This document shows positions 18,484 to 28,481 of a stretch of DNA of 64,000 nucleotides, in pieces. Position numbers and translations under genes: made by a program. Source of the DNA: an uncultured Nitrososphaerales archaeon (GTDB lineage: Archaea; Thermoproteota; Nitrososphaeria; Nitrososphaerales; Gagatemarchaeaceae); the NCBI GenBank assembly GCA_963706445.1, contig OY970160.1, positions 384,001 through 448,000 of the forward strand, written 5' to 3'. How positions within the stretch are numbered: the first letter of the stretch is position 1; the number at the start of each line of letters is the position of its first letter. The notes beneath the pieces were generated by a model. It was not told the origin of the DNA. It made no database searches and was given only the letters and a program-made list of their open reading frames with translations.

Positions 18484-19005
18484 TCAGCTTATGCCCTTGA
18501 TCCCCATCTCGGCGAGGATTGCCCTGTCCCTTGCTTTCGCGATCGCCGTCGCTTTCACTACCACCACCCCCACCCCCGGCTGCCCGTAGAGAACCGTGGC
18601 GAATACAGGGGCCATGGCTATGGCAAGCATCGCCATTAGGTCCTCCTCCCCCTCAACAAGGACCCTGACAGGCTTCTTCCCGACGAATGCCTGTCTCATC
18701 CCAGAAATTGCCCCTGCCGTAAGCATCCCGGCAGGGTTCTTCACCTTCACGAGCTTCGCATAGGGGACCTCAGGAGGGGTCCTCTTCATCCTCCTCTCGA
18801 CCCCGTCCACGACCTGCATGTCAGGGGTCCTCCCCATGGCGCCGACGGTGTCGGTCACCCTGTCTCCGACGGTGACGATCATGGGGGCAGTCTCGACCAG
18901 ACCAGCGAACTCCCGGCCCTTCGTCTCCTCGCCGGTGAACACACGCCCCAGGGGGGCTGCGAGTTTGGAGCGCATTTTTTCCGGGAGCCTGTACAGCCGG
19001 CGCAA
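18484..19005 (-). CDS. GTP-dependent dephospho-CoA kinase (DUF359)
   Basis: LAAPLG, VTVGDRVT, NPAG, VEGEEDL, YGQPG. Confidence 0.92.
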   Translation of the reverse strand: MRRLYRLPEKMRSKLAAPLGRVFTGEETKGREFAGLVETAPMIVTVGDRVTDTVGAMGRTPDMQVVDGVERRMKRTPPEVPYAKLVKVKNPAGMLTAGAISGMRQAFVGKKPVRVLVEGEEDLMAMLAIAMAPVFATVLYGQPGVGVVVVKATAIAKARDRAILAEMGIKGIS

Positions 19006-19009
19006 GGGG

Positions 19010-19195
19010 CTAACTTACCTTCAGAGCGTATCTTCCCGGCTTTGTGATGCTCAGGGTCTTTGCGACCTGAGATTTGTCCGGATTGATTATGATGACAAGC
19101 CCCGACCACTCGTTCGAGAGCTCAGTCGAACCGTCGTTGGGGCAGGCCTTCTCGGTTGTCAGCGTCCTGCACTTCCTGCAAGCCAGCTCCTTCAT
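19010..19195 (-). CDS. spt4: Transcription elongation factor Spt4 (RpoE2)
   Basis: ACRKCR...CP...WSGLVII...PGRYALKV. Confidence 0.96.
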   Translation of the reverse strand: MKELACRKCRTLTTEKACPNDGSTELSNEWSGLVIIINPDKSQVAKTLSITKPGRYALKVS

Positions 19196-19199
19196 TGTC

Positions 19200-19784
19200 T
19201 TACTTCTCCGCTCTTTCTTCTGTCTTGCGCGCCTTCGCCGCCTTTCCTATCTCTTCGTCGATCCATTCGAGTGCCCCGAGGAACGGCTGCCTGCAGGTCA
19301 CGCCTATCTTCCCCATCGAGATGCCGTGGCCAAGGCTCACCGCCGTGATCCTGACCCTCACCTTGCTCCCGACCCTGAGTGTCCTCTTGCTCTGGGAGGC
19401 TGTGATTATCCCTGACTTCACATCGCTTGTTAGGTAGTCGTCCATTATCTGGCTCAGGTGCAGCAGCGCGTCGGCCGGGCCTATCCTTACGAAGGCCCCG
19501 AAATCCGTGACCTCCACTATCTCCCCTTCGACGATTTCCTGCTTCAGGGGGAAGAAAGAAAGGACCTGGAAGTTGACCCGATGGTAGGTGGCCCCGTCCC
19601 CTGCGATTATCTTGCCGACCTTGTCGACATCGACCTTCGTCACCAGGACTAGGTACCCGTGGTCCGGGTTGATGGTGCTCTCATACTTCAGCTTCAGCAG
19701 GTCCATGGCCACCCTCTCGAGGGGAGTGTTAAACCTGTCAGGTGGGACCCTGACAACGTCCGCGAGTTCGACTAGTTGAAACAT
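19200..19784 (-). CDS. rpoE1: DNA-directed RNA polymerase subunit E' (Rpo7)
   Basis: DVVRVPP, GDGATY, FGAFVRIGPADALLHLSQI, RQPFLGALEW. Confidence 0.97.
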   Translation of the reverse strand: MFQLVELADVVRVPPDRFNTPLERVAMDLLKLKYESTINPDHGYLVLVTKVDVDKVGKIIAGDGATYHRVNFQVLSFFPLKQEIVEGEIVEVTDFGAFVRIGPADALLHLSQIMDDYLTSDVKSGIITASQSKRTLRVGSKVRVRITAVSLGHGISMGKIGVTCRQPFLGALEWIDEEIGKAAKARKTEERAEK

Positions 19785-19862
19785 GAATTCATCAGAATTG
19801 AGAGACCCCTTCGACTCAGCGATTTTAATCTTTGGTGTGGATGAGACGAAAAATCTCAGGGT

Positions 19863-20642
19863 CTAGGCCAATGACGGTGGGAGTCTCCGCTTGTGCTCGG
19901 TCATCCGGTGCATTTGGAGGACCTTTTCGACCACCCCTATTGGAACGCCTGCCTTCGCTGCGGCAGCTGCCGGCTTCGCCTTTAGGTCAAACAGATGGTG
20001 GAGGACGACATCCAGTTTGTCGTAATCGGCAGGGAGCTCATCGGAAGCCTTGTGCCCTGGCCAGAGTTGTGGAGAGGCGGGTTTCTCAACGACTTCTCTC
20101 GGAAGGCCGAGGTAAGCTCCGAGCTCCCGCACCTGGGACTTGAAGAGGTGCGCGATGGGCAGGAAATCTACCGCCCCATCTCCTGACTTCGTAAAAAAGC
20201 CGATCAGTTCCTCGCTCCTGTCCCCTGTCCCCGCGACGAGGTAGCCGAGCGAGTTTGCGTAATAGTACAAGATGGACATCCGCACCCGGGCCTCCACGTT
20301 CGCGCGGGCGACCTTCGTCCCCTCGATCTTCGCAGAGCCGGTCAGTGCCTTTGCGATGCCAGAGATCCCAATCTCCTCCGCTCTAATCCCCCAGGAGTCT
20401 ACCAAAACTCGCGCGTCTCTCAGGTCCTCCTCCGGGGTGTGGTCCGAGGGCATGAGCAGAGCCATGACCTTCCCTTTCCCGAGTGCCCTCACGCAGAGTG
20501 CTCCCACCACGGCGCTGTCGATGCCGCCGCTGATGCCGACCACGACCCCCTTGGCACCGGCTTCATCGACCACACCTCTTACGAAAGTTGAGATCCTTGT
20601 TGCTTCCTTCGAGGTTTCAATTCTGATTCGGGGAGGGGCCAA
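19863..20642 (-). CDS. nadE: NH3-dependent NAD+ synthetase
   Basis: GISGGIDS, NVEARVRM, GFFTKSGDG, KPASPQLWPG. Confidence 0.94.
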   Translation of the reverse strand: MAPPRIRIETSKEATRISTFVRGVVDEAGAKGVVVGISGGIDSAVVGALCVRALGKGKVMALLMPSDHTPEEDLRDARVLVDSWGIRAEEIGISGIAKALTGSAKIEGTKVARANVEARVRMSILYYYANSLGYLVAGTGDRSEELIGFFTKSGDGAVDFLPIAHLFKSQVRELGAYLGLPREVVEKPASPQLWPGHKASDELPADYDKLDVVLHHLFDLKAKPAAAAAKAGVPIGVVEKVLQMHRMTEHKRRLPPSLA

Positions 20643-20694
20643 CTCAGAGGCGATCCGGCGGGACGCGTTTTAACTCCTTTCTGACGCATCGCGG

Positions 20695-20889
20695 CTATCG
20701 GATTCTCTTGACCGAAGAAGAAATGAGCTGGCTTACGGACTTCCCTCTTCTCCTGGAGTACCAGACCACGAGCGCGACCGCCAGGACCGCGGCGACGACG
20801 ACGCCACCGACGATGGTGATTGCGATGAGGATGAGTGTTGCGATCAGTGTAGAGATAGCTTTTCTTCGTGACGTCCTTCCGAATTTCAC
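20695..20889 (-). pseudogene. Collapsed pilin-like/surface protein remnant
   Basis: Class III signal RRKA/ISTLIATLILIAITIVGG runs directly into a C-terminal anchor VAAVLAVALVVWYSRRR with no globular domain. Confidence 0.55.
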
Positions 20890-20955
20890 GAAGCTTTTCG
20901 ACCCGCCGAGTTATTTATTCAGGGTGAAGTCTGAATTCTGATTTCGGCTCGCAAG

Positions 20956-21330
20956 TCAACCTAACGCGACCCTTCCTTTTCTCAGTGTGATGACCCGCTG
21001 ATGGGCACGCTTCGCCGCCCGTGTCAGCTCTGAATCGACTGTCGCCACCATCGCCCCGCAGGTGACCGCCGCCGATACGATTTCGTCATCGACCCGCGCA
21101 GACCCGCATGGGTCCACTTCGAACTCCGAAGCCATCTCGAGGGACAGCCGCGCGACCCGGGATTTCTTCCCCTGGCCGAGAGCAATCTTCTCCAGCTCTT
21201 CCTTCACGCACTCGAGCATGACGGGCTGAAACTTCCCGACCCCGTCTACAATGTCCTCGTACCAGGTTGTCGGGTGTTCCACGACTGCCATAAGGAAACT
21301 GCTGTCGAAGAGGACCTTCTGCAACGTCAC
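20956..21330 (-). CDS. PIN-domain rRNA-processing protein (Fcf1/Utp24-like)
   Basis: VLFDSSFLM, VKEELE, VDDEIV, VATVD; GTGA overlap with the eif2g stop. Confidence 0.88.
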   Translation of the reverse strand: MTLQKVLFDSSFLMAVVEHPTTWYEDIVDGVGKFQPVMLECVKEELEKIALGQGKKSRVARLSLEMASEFEVDPCGSARVDDEIVSAAVTCGAMVATVDSELTRAAKRAHQRVITLRKGRVALG

Positions 21331-22589
21331 TTCAGCACGCCGGAGCCGATGAGGCGCCACCTCTCGGCTATCCTCCTGCTGATGGCCGCTCTCATCCCCG
21401 CTTCTATGGCTACGGGCTTCTTCAGGTCGGCCTCTACGATGTCCCCCCTCACCGACGTGGCGACAGCCAAGGTCGAAGCGGTTCCCAGGTTCAGTCTAAT
21501 CGTCTCTGACAGCTTCACCTTCTCGACCTTCACCAACTCCGCGGATCCCACCGCTGTCTCCAGGAGCGTCACGTCGAGGGTGACGTGCTCGAGGGTCTCT
21601 GGGAGTGTCCCCGGCTTGCCCAGCACGCTCCCGACCATCTGGTCCCCCTTGATGTATGTCGGGTCCAGGTGCGTCCCGACCGCCACCAGGCCCCCGGGAC
21701 CGACCTTCTGGGCATCCCCCGCTCCCGTCTGCAGACTAGAAACGCGAGTAATGATCGGCTGGTACTTGCCGCTCCTTTCGTCCACCATGCCGGGTCTCAC
21801 CTCCACCTCGTCCCCCACCCTGAGCTCCCCATGGGTGAGACTCCCGCCGAGGACTCCGCCGGAAAGGCTGACGATTTCAGCCCCCGGCCTGTTGACGTCG
21901 AAACTCCTTACCACGTACATCAATGGGCTGGCTCCTGCGTCCCTCTTTGGGGTGGGGATGACATCCTCCAGGGCCTCGATGAGGGCGTCTATGTTGAGCC
22001 GCTGCTGGGCTGATATGGGGACGATGGGGGCGTCGGCGGCCACGGTCCCCTCCACGAACTTCGATATGAAGGCCTGGTTCTTCTTCGCCTCGGCGTCTGT
22101 CACCAGGTCGATTTTGTTCTGCGCAATGACTATCCTCTTCATCCCGAGCATCTGCAGGGCCTGCAGGTGCTCCCGGGTCTGCGGCTTCGGGACGGGCTCG
22201 TTGGCCGCAATCACGAGCAGCGCCCCGTCCATCAGGAATGCGCCCGCCAGCATGTTGGTCATGAGACTCTCGTGGCCGGGGCAGTCCACGAAGCTGACGG
22301 CGCGCAAGAAGGCAGTCTTCCTCCCGCAGATTGGGCACTTCGGGCTGGTGGAGTAGGACCCAAAACCGTGGTCCTGGGAGCACTTGTAGAACGCCGCATC
22401 GGCGTACCCCACCTTGATTGTGATGCCACGCTTCAGCTCTTCGCTGTGGGCGCTCGCCCAGACCCCGGTGATGGCCTGGGTCAGGCTCGTCTTCCCATGG
22501 TCAACGTGGCCTGCGGTACCTATGTTCACTTCCGGCTGCTTCGGAAGCAGCGGCTGGGGCACGGGCTCGGCTAGCTTCTGCTCGGACAT
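21327..22589 (-). CDS. eif2g: Translation initiation factor 2 gamma subunit
   Basis: QPEVNIGTAGHVDHGKT, EELKRGITIKVGY, DCPGHE, PQTREH, NKID, WRLIG. Confidence 0.98.
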   Translation of the reverse strand: MSEQKLAEPVPQPLLPKQPEVNIGTAGHVDHGKTSLTQAITGVWASAHSEELKRGITIKVGYADAAFYKCSQDHGFGSYSTSPKCPICGRKTAFLRAVSFVDCPGHESLMTNMLAGAFLMDGALLVIAANEPVPKPQTREHLQALQMLGMKRIVIAQNKIDLVTDAEAKKNQAFISKFVEGTVAADAPIVPISAQQRLNIDALIEALEDVIPTPKRDAGASPLMYVVRSFDVNRPGAEIVSLSGGVLGGSLTHGELRVGDEVEVRPGMVDERSGKYQPIITRVSSLQTGAGDAQKVGPGGLVAVGTHLDPTYIKGDQMVGSVLGKPGTLPETLEHVTLDVTLLETAVGSAELVKVEKVKLSETIRLNLGTASTLAVATSVRGDIVEADLKKPVAIEAGMRAAISRRIAERWRLIGSGVLK

Positions 22590-22659
22590 TCTCGGGCTGC
22601 CACGGCTCCAGCCCTTTTTAAATCAGCGAAGGCCAGAACGCCAACCGGAAAGAAGCGGT

Positions 22660-24627
22660 TCATTTTAGCTCCCCCTGCCTTCTCAGCAGATTGACGATGC
22701 GCGGATCGTGCCTGGCCTGCTCGAACATCGGTGAGTACATCAGCTCCATCAGGGGCAGAGAATGCAGCTTGAAGGCTTGCTCCATGCACTCGAAGAAGGC
22801 GTCCACCTCGCCCAGGGCGAAGTAAACGAAACCTGCATGAAACATGGTGAGCTCTCCTCCGCTGCCGCGCTTCTCGAGCCGGTCGATGGCCATCCGTGCG
22901 CCTTCATTGTCTCCCCGGCGTGCCGCCAGGAATCCCCGGTACATCTCCGTCCAGACGCTCTCCGGCCTCAGTCGTTCCAGCTCGTGGACGGTCTCCTCCG
23001 CCCTAGCGTAATCCCTCTTTCCAAGGTAGTACTCTGTGAGGTAGGCGTTCGTCCTGAAGGGGATCAACGGCTTGGTCCGCTCCCAATGGGCGACCGCAGC
23101 TGCCTCCCTCCCGGCATAGAGGTAGGCGCGCCCAAGAAATGCGATCACATTGACGTCCAGGGGGTCGACCTGCTGGGCAGTTTCGAGGAGCCTGACCGCT
23201 TCGCCGATCCTCCCGTCCCCCGCCTCTATCTGGGCGAGCCATCGATAGGGGTCTGACAGGCTAGGATTGAGCTCAACGGCCCGTTTGGCTTCCTTCCCTG
23301 CGTCGCTAATCTTGTCGTCCCCGAGGAGGAGCCCGGCGAGTACTGAATGTGCCTCGGCGAGGTTGCTGTTCAATGAGTGCGCCTTCGCCAGCTCTTCGCG
23401 GCCCCGGCGTACGGAATCGATGTAGGGGAGTGCTCCTTCAGCGCCGAGCCACAGGGTGCAGTCTGATATTCCCACACGGGCCCTCGCGAAGTTTGGGTCT
23501 CGTCGGACGGCTGATTCGAAGAAGGCAAGCGCCTGGCGGATGGTCGCTTCCGAACCCTTCTCACCGAGGAGCTTCCGCCCGTGGAGAAAGCTGGTGTAGG
23601 CCTCCATGTCCTGGGTGTCTGGGGGCTTGGAGAGCGTAGGCGAAACCCCGGTGATTGGCGGGAGAAGGTGCGTCTGGTCGGGGGCGGTGATCTTCCCCTC
23701 GAGGGAGGCAGCTATCTTCGACGCAATCTCGGTCTGGACCGCGAAGACGTCGTCCAACTCCCTGTCATAGCGGTCCGCCCAGATGTGCTCTTCCGTGGCC
23801 GTTTCGATGAGCTGGACAGTTATCTTGATTCTGTTCCCTGCCTTGCGGACGCTCCCCTCGACGAGGGTACCAACTCTGAGCTCTTTGGCGATCTCCGAGG
23901 CCTTCTTCTCAGTCTTCTTGTAGCCCATGACTGACGTCCGGGCTATGACCTTGAGGTCCCGTACCTGTGAGATTCTGTCTATCAATTCCTCTGTCATGCC
24001 GTCTGCGAAGTATTCGTCGGCGGGGTCCGGGCTGAAGTTGTCAAAGGGAAGGACCGCTATCCTATCCCTCGGGAGCTCGCTCTTCTGGGTGGGCCTGGTC
24101 GCCGGCCCCCCTACCCCTGAGACCCGGTAGACCTCGATGGGGACGACCACGTTCTTGAGTTCTGGGACTCCAAGCGACTCGAACTCATATTCGACCTTGT
24201 TGACGACGGTCTGGTAGACCTGGGCGCTCACGCAGACCCCGCCCGGGGGTGAGAGAGGCTCGATTCTTGACGCGACGTTGACAGCGTCCCCGGCCACGTC
24301 CTCCCCTTCATGGACGACGTCACCGAGATGAATCCCGATGCGGACGGTTATTCTTCTGTCTTCAGGCTTGGAAGCATTCTTGTCCTTCAGTACTGACTGG
24401 ATTTCGACGGCACAGTTGACCGCTTCGAGGGCGCTCGCAAACTCCACAAGGAAGGCGTCGCCGATGGTCTTCACCTCTCGGCCGTTGTGCCTTGAGAGGA
24501 TGGGTCTGATCAGTCTCCTCTGTTCATCGACCAACGCGAGGGAGAGAGTTTCGTTCTTCTGCCCCAGCGAAGTGTATCCGACCATATCGGTGAACATGAT
24601 CGCCGCCAGCCGCCGTGTTCCTTCCAT
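22660..24627 (-). CDS. Class III adenylate cyclase with TolB-like and TPR domains
   Basis: RRLAAIMFTDMVGYT, EVKTIGDA, RIGIHLGDV, DVAGDAVNVASRIE; IAVLPFDN...YFADGMTEELI; C-terminal TPR repeats. Confidence 0.92.
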   Translation of the reverse strand: MEGTRRLAAIMFTDMVGYTSLGQKNETLSLALVDEQRRLIRPILSRHNGREVKTIGDAFLVEFASALEAVNCAVEIQSVLKDKNASKPEDRRITVRIGIHLGDVVHEGEDVAGDAVNVASRIEPLSPPGGVCVSAQVYQTVVNKVEYEFESLGVPELKNVVVPIEVYRVSGVGGPATRPTQKSELPRDRIAVLPFDNFSPDPADEYFADGMTEELIDRISQVRDLKVIARTSVMGYKKTEKKASEIAKELRVGTLVEGSVRKAGNRIKITVQLIETATEEHIWADRYDRELDDVFAVQTEIASKIAASLEGKITAPDQTHLLPPITGVSPTLSKPPDTQDMEAYTSFLHGRKLLGEKGSEATIRQALAFFESAVRRDPNFARARVGISDCTLWLGAEGALPYIDSVRRGREELAKAHSLNSNLAEAHSVLAGLLLGDDKISDAGKEAKRAVELNPSLSDPYRWLAQIEAGDGRIGEAVRLLETAQQVDPLDVNVIAFLGRAYLYAGREAAAVAHWERTKPLIPFRTNAYLTEYYLGKRDYARAEETVHELERLRPESVWTEMYRGFLAARRGDNEGARMAIDRLEKRGSGGELTMFHAGFVYFALGEVDAFFECMEQAFKLHSLPLMELMYSPMFEQARHDPRIVNLLRRQGELK

Positions 24628-24761
24628 CGTCTGACCTATCGACCGAGGATACCGTTCGATATAAGCAGGCAAGACGACTAAGAGAGTCGCTCCAAGAAGA
24701 GGGAAGCAACGCTACTCGGAAACGTCTTTCAAGTCCTCCCGCGCATCTTGGCCCAGTCGAT

Positions 24762-25739
24762 TTGTCCAGTCCTTCTCAGGCTTCCCACTCATTGGATGAT
24801 TCGCCCGCTGATTCCGGGCAGATAATCACCGTTCAGCACCTCATCAAGAGGTACGGTGAATTCATCGCTGTCAACGACGTCTCCTTCTCAATCAGAGAGA
24901 AAGAGATCTTTGGAATCATCGGGCCCAATGGCGCAGGCAAGACCACCATGGTCGAATGCATCTCGGGGCTCCGCACGGCCGATTCGGGCTCGATCAGCAT
25001 CTGCGGACTCTCTCCCAACAAGGACAGGAACAAGATAAGGGAGTTTCTCGGCGTTCAGCTCCAGGAGAGTTCCATGCCTCCGCGCCTCAAGGTGGGGGAA
25101 GCAGTGGATCTCTTTGCCTCCTTCTATCCAAAACCAGTGGACCCTGATGGCCTGCTGGAGACCCTTGGGATCAGAGACGTCAAGAATTCCATGTACAAGA
25201 AACTGTCTGGTGGTCAGAAGCAGAGGCTGTCGATAGCGCTCGCCTTGGTCGGGAACCCAAAGATTGCCGTTCTAGATGAGCTGACCACGGGGCTCGACCC
25301 GGAGGCTAGGCGCGAGACTTGGGCGCTCATAGAGAGCATCAGAGGCCGCGGCGTTACCGTGATACTCGTGACCCACTTCATGGACGAAGCCGAGAGATTG
25401 TGCGACCGCCTCGCCTTAATCAATCATGGCAAACTTGCAGTGTTGGATACACCTGAAGCGATTGCCGCGCTGGCAGGAGGGAACAGAATGAGGTTTGTCC
25501 CTTCGCAACTGGTCGACGACAAGACTCTGTATGCCATATCCGGTGTGGTTGGGGTGGAGAGAAAAGAAAGATACGTCACCGTCACCGGCACCGGTGATCT
25601 AGCGGCGTCTGTCATCGACTCACTTGCGAGAATTGGCGTGCACGTCTCAGACATCGAGGCTAGAGGAGGGAACCTTGACGATGCGTTCGTTAAGCTGACC
25701 AGGGACGCGTCCGGCGCTTCAGGAGGGGTCCAACCATGA
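24762..25739 (+). CDS. ABC exporter ATP-binding protein (DrrA-like)
   Basis: GPNGAGKTT, LSGGQ, VLDE, TH; start uncertain. Confidence 0.92.
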   Translation: MSSPSQASHSLDDSPADSGQIITVQHLIKRYGEFIAVNDVSFSIREKEIFGIIGPNGAGKTTMVECISGLRTADSGSISICGLSPNKDRNKIREFLGVQLQESSMPPRLKVGEAVDLFASFYPKPVDPDGLLETLGIRDVKNSMYKKLSGGQKQRLSIALALVGNPKIAVLDELTTGLDPEARRETWALIESIRGRGVTVILVTHFMDEAERLCDRLALINHGKLAVLDTPEAIAALAGGNRMRFVPSQLVDDKTLYAISGVVGVERKERYVTVTGTGDLAASVIDSLARIGVHVSDIEARGGNLDDAFVKLTRDASGASGGVQP

Positions 25740-26515
25740 CCTCTGTCCCGAGCGAATCGAAAGGTAAGGAATCACGAGGCCACTTCTCCGAACTCCTCAA
25801 GGTCGAGGGAAAGCTCGCCCTGCGGGAACCGACAGGATTGGTGATGGGAATCGGTGTTCCGACCATCTTGCTTGTGGTATTCGGCCTCATTGGAATAGCC
25901 AACCCAGGAAACGTCGCCAACACAGGCTATACAGTCTTGGACCTATACGTTCCTGTAATCATGGTCATTGGTTTCATTTTCCTTGGAATCGCTCTCTTGC
26001 CTAACACAATGGTAAGGTATCGGGAGATCGGGTGGCTGCGAAGGGTTTCAGTGACTCCAGCGCCTCCTTCTAGACTACTCGCAGCTCAATTGATCGTCAA
26101 CCTTGTCCTTGCCTTGGCCACAATCTTGATCGCCATCTTTGGAAGCGAAATAATCTTCGGGACGCCACTTGACGTAGCCATCCCGTATTTTGTTCTGTCA
26201 GTCGTCCTTTCGATTGCGGTGATATTTTCTCTTGGCTTGGTTGTCGCGGCCCTGGTTCCATCCCAGTCGGTCGTAAGCGGGCTGGGAGGAGGGTTGACCT
26301 TTCTGTTGCTTTTCCTGGCGGGCCTCTGGGTTCAGCCTGCCCAAGTGGGCGGGCCATTGGCGACGATCATGTATTACTCTCCGTCTGGAGCAGCTGCGAG
26401 GGCCTTACTCAGTTCGGTCTTCAATGCCACCCCTCCCCTTGAGACCCTGGTGACAATGGTCGCCTACACAATCTTCTTCACAGTCGTGGCTATCCGTTAT
26501 TTCCGCTGGGAGTAA
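25736..26515 (+). CDS. ABC-2 type permease
   Basis: Six hydrophobic segments, YREIGWLRR, C-terminal FRWE; ATGA overlap with the ATPase. Confidence 0.9.
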   Translation: MTSVPSESKGKESRGHFSELLKVEGKLALREPTGLVMGIGVPTILLVVFGLIGIANPGNVANTGYTVLDLYVPVIMVIGFIFLGIALLPNTMVRYREIGWLRRVSVTPAPPSRLLAAQLIVNLVLALATILIAIFGSEIIFGTPLDVAIPYFVLSVVLSIAVIFSLGLVVAALVPSQSVVSGLGGGLTFLLLFLAGLWVQPAQVGGPLATIMYYSPSGAAARALLSSVFNATPPLETLVTMVAYTIFFTVVAIRYFRWE

Positions 26516-26546
26516 GACCTAAAGCCGGTCTTGGGGTCTCGATTCC

Positions 26547-27329
26547 GTGGAGAAGCATCCGAAGAAAGTGATGACCTCCGTCTACCAGCCGGGTAAGACG
26601 ATGATACTTGGGGTTGTTGAGATAAGCGACGAAGCCGGATCCCTCTCTGAGGTATCTGGCATCCTGTCAAAGAGAGGGGTCGACCTGAGGCAGAGCGAGT
26701 CGTACTCCTCGGCTGGGAACAAGGCTATCTGGAGCTTCATCGGGGAGGTGCAGCAGGGCTTCGACGTCAAGACCATGGAGAAGGCCTTCCGTGCATCACC
26801 CAAGGTGATGGATTGTGAGTTCGTGGAAAGTGACAGGGGGTTCTTGAGCAATACGCTACAATTCCCGGTCGAGACGACTGATGGTGGGAGATTGGTGCTA
26901 TTGAGCCCAAAGTTCCTGACCGCAGCCTTCGCTGAGATGAAAAGGATCTTCGGCACTGGAGGCAACAGCCTCCTCTACGACGAGGGTCTGGCTTTTGGGC
27001 GGGAGTACGCAGCTAGGATTCCCCCCGCACTCATGGCGCTAGGGATGGAAAGGACGATGAAGAAGCAGAAGGACCCCATCGGCATCTTCGTCTCTCTGGG
27101 ATGGGGGATGCTCAAAATGGTTGAGGCAGCGCCTGACAGGTCAAAGCTGGTGATCGCGATCGAGGACAATTTCGAAGCTGTCGAGGCGAAAGCCGCCTCT
27201 CCCAACTGTCAGTTCATCAGGGGATTCCTCGCCGGAAGTTTCTCGATCGCCGTGGGGAGGAAGCTGCAATACACTGAAACCGAATGCATCGCTGCAGGCG
27301 CCCCTGCCTGCAAGTTTGTACTGACGTAG
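26547..27329 (+). CDS. ACT + V4R domain protein
   Basis: DEAGSLSEVS...GVDL (ACT); LGWG, NFE, CQFIRG, ETECIAAGAPACKF (V4R). Confidence 0.85.
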   Translation: MEKHPKKVMTSVYQPGKTMILGVVEISDEAGSLSEVSGILSKRGVDLRQSESYSSAGNKAIWSFIGEVQQGFDVKTMEKAFRASPKVMDCEFVESDRGFLSNTLQFPVETTDGGRLVLLSPKFLTAAFAEMKRIFGTGGNSLLYDEGLAFGREYAARIPPALMALGMERTMKKQKDPIGIFVSLGWGMLKMVEAAPDRSKLVIAIEDNFEAVEAKAASPNCQFIRGFLAGSFSIAVGRKLQYTETECIAAGAPACKFVLT

Positions 27330-27355
27330 AACCCTCCGTCATCGGACCCGTTTCG

Positions 27356-27829
27356 CTAGTAACTCGGAGAGGACATTCTTCCCCTCGCCCCGGCGAGCTG
27401 GAAGATCTGGACCACCGTGATACCGATCCAGGCGACGACCAAGACAAGGATCACCAACCACAGGGCGGTGCTCCTTCCGGTGAACCAGTTGACCACTATC
27501 AGGCCCAGTATGAAGATCCCCAGTATCATCCTAGTGATCCGTAGGGCGATGCGATTGTGCCTCTGGCCGGCCATTCCTCCGGATGAGCCTCCCGCTCGCC
27601 GCCGTTCCTCCAGCTCCCTGAGGCGCCCCTCGTTCAGGTAGTACCTCCCCCCGACGTCGACGAATATCCCAGTCTGCCCGAGGCGCCTTTTCATTGCCTC
27701 CTCAAACCTCGGGGGGAGTCCAAGCTCCTGCGCTGTCATGGCCTTCTCAGCGCCGGTGGCTCCCTTCTCCCTGAACCTCCTAGCCATCTCCTCGACCCTT
27801 TGCATCCACTGTCCGGGCTGCCTGAACAC
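27356..27829 (-). CDS. Hypothetical membrane protein (soluble N-domain plus 2 TM)
   Basis: Host-like codons; two C-terminal hydrophobic helices. Confidence 0.7.
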   Translation of the reverse strand: MFRQPGQWMQRVEEMARRFREKGATGAEKAMTAQELGLPPRFEEAMKRRLGQTGIFVDVGGRYYLNEGRLRELEERRRAGGSSGGMAGQRHNRIALRITRMILGIFILGLIVVNWFTGRSTALWLVILVLVVAWIGITVVQIFQLAGARGRMSSPSY

Positions 27830-27853
27830 GATGCTGAGTTCCTCTGAACTGCG

Positions 27854-28114
27854 CTACTTCTTTTCTTGACCGGCCTTCGACTCTGGGGCCGTCTCGGGCA
27901 TGTCCGTCATGGGTTCCGGGGGCGGTGTCGTGGCCATGGTGTACCCGATCCATGCGAGGATCAACAATATCGCAAGAACGGCGACGAAGGCAGTGACCTC
28001 CAGGACCCTAAGGGGCCAGTAACAGAGTAGAAGGCCGTAGATGATTATCCCCAGGATACTGCCAAGTAGGATGCCTCCGCCAACCGCTCTGTCGTTGGCC
28101 ATCTTGTAATCCAT
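27854..28114 (-). CDS. Conserved small archaeal 2-TM protein
   Basis: DRAVGGGIL...WIGYTMATTPPP signature. Confidence 0.75.
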   Translation of the reverse strand: MDYKMANDRAVGGGILLGSILGIIIYGLLLCYWPLRVLEVTAFVAVLAILLILAWIGYTMATTPPPEPMTDMPETAPESKAGQEKK

Positions 28115-28481
28115 GTCGATTCTATCTGCCCATATAACGATTGTCGGGTCTTTCTCACTGACTGGGCGCGGGCCGCCTGGCTCAGGAAAGTCGGGGAGAT
28201 GAGCAGCGCAGCGATCAGCAGGAGGGCGGCTTTGCGGCCGTTCAGATGCCCGCTTGGCGATGCGACATCATACCTTTTACGTGTGTATAGATTAGACGCA
28301 CTTTTCCAAACACCCCCCAAATCGGGCTTCAGCTTATTAAAAGAAATGAAGGCCCGACGGGAATCGGAACCGTTCACCGGCTACCTTTCGCTGTCAGACG
28401 ATACGTTGATACTCTTTCAGGCGCGTTCAGTTAACGATGCCCGTGCGAGATTTGAGGATGGGAAACGAGGCCAAGGTTCGA

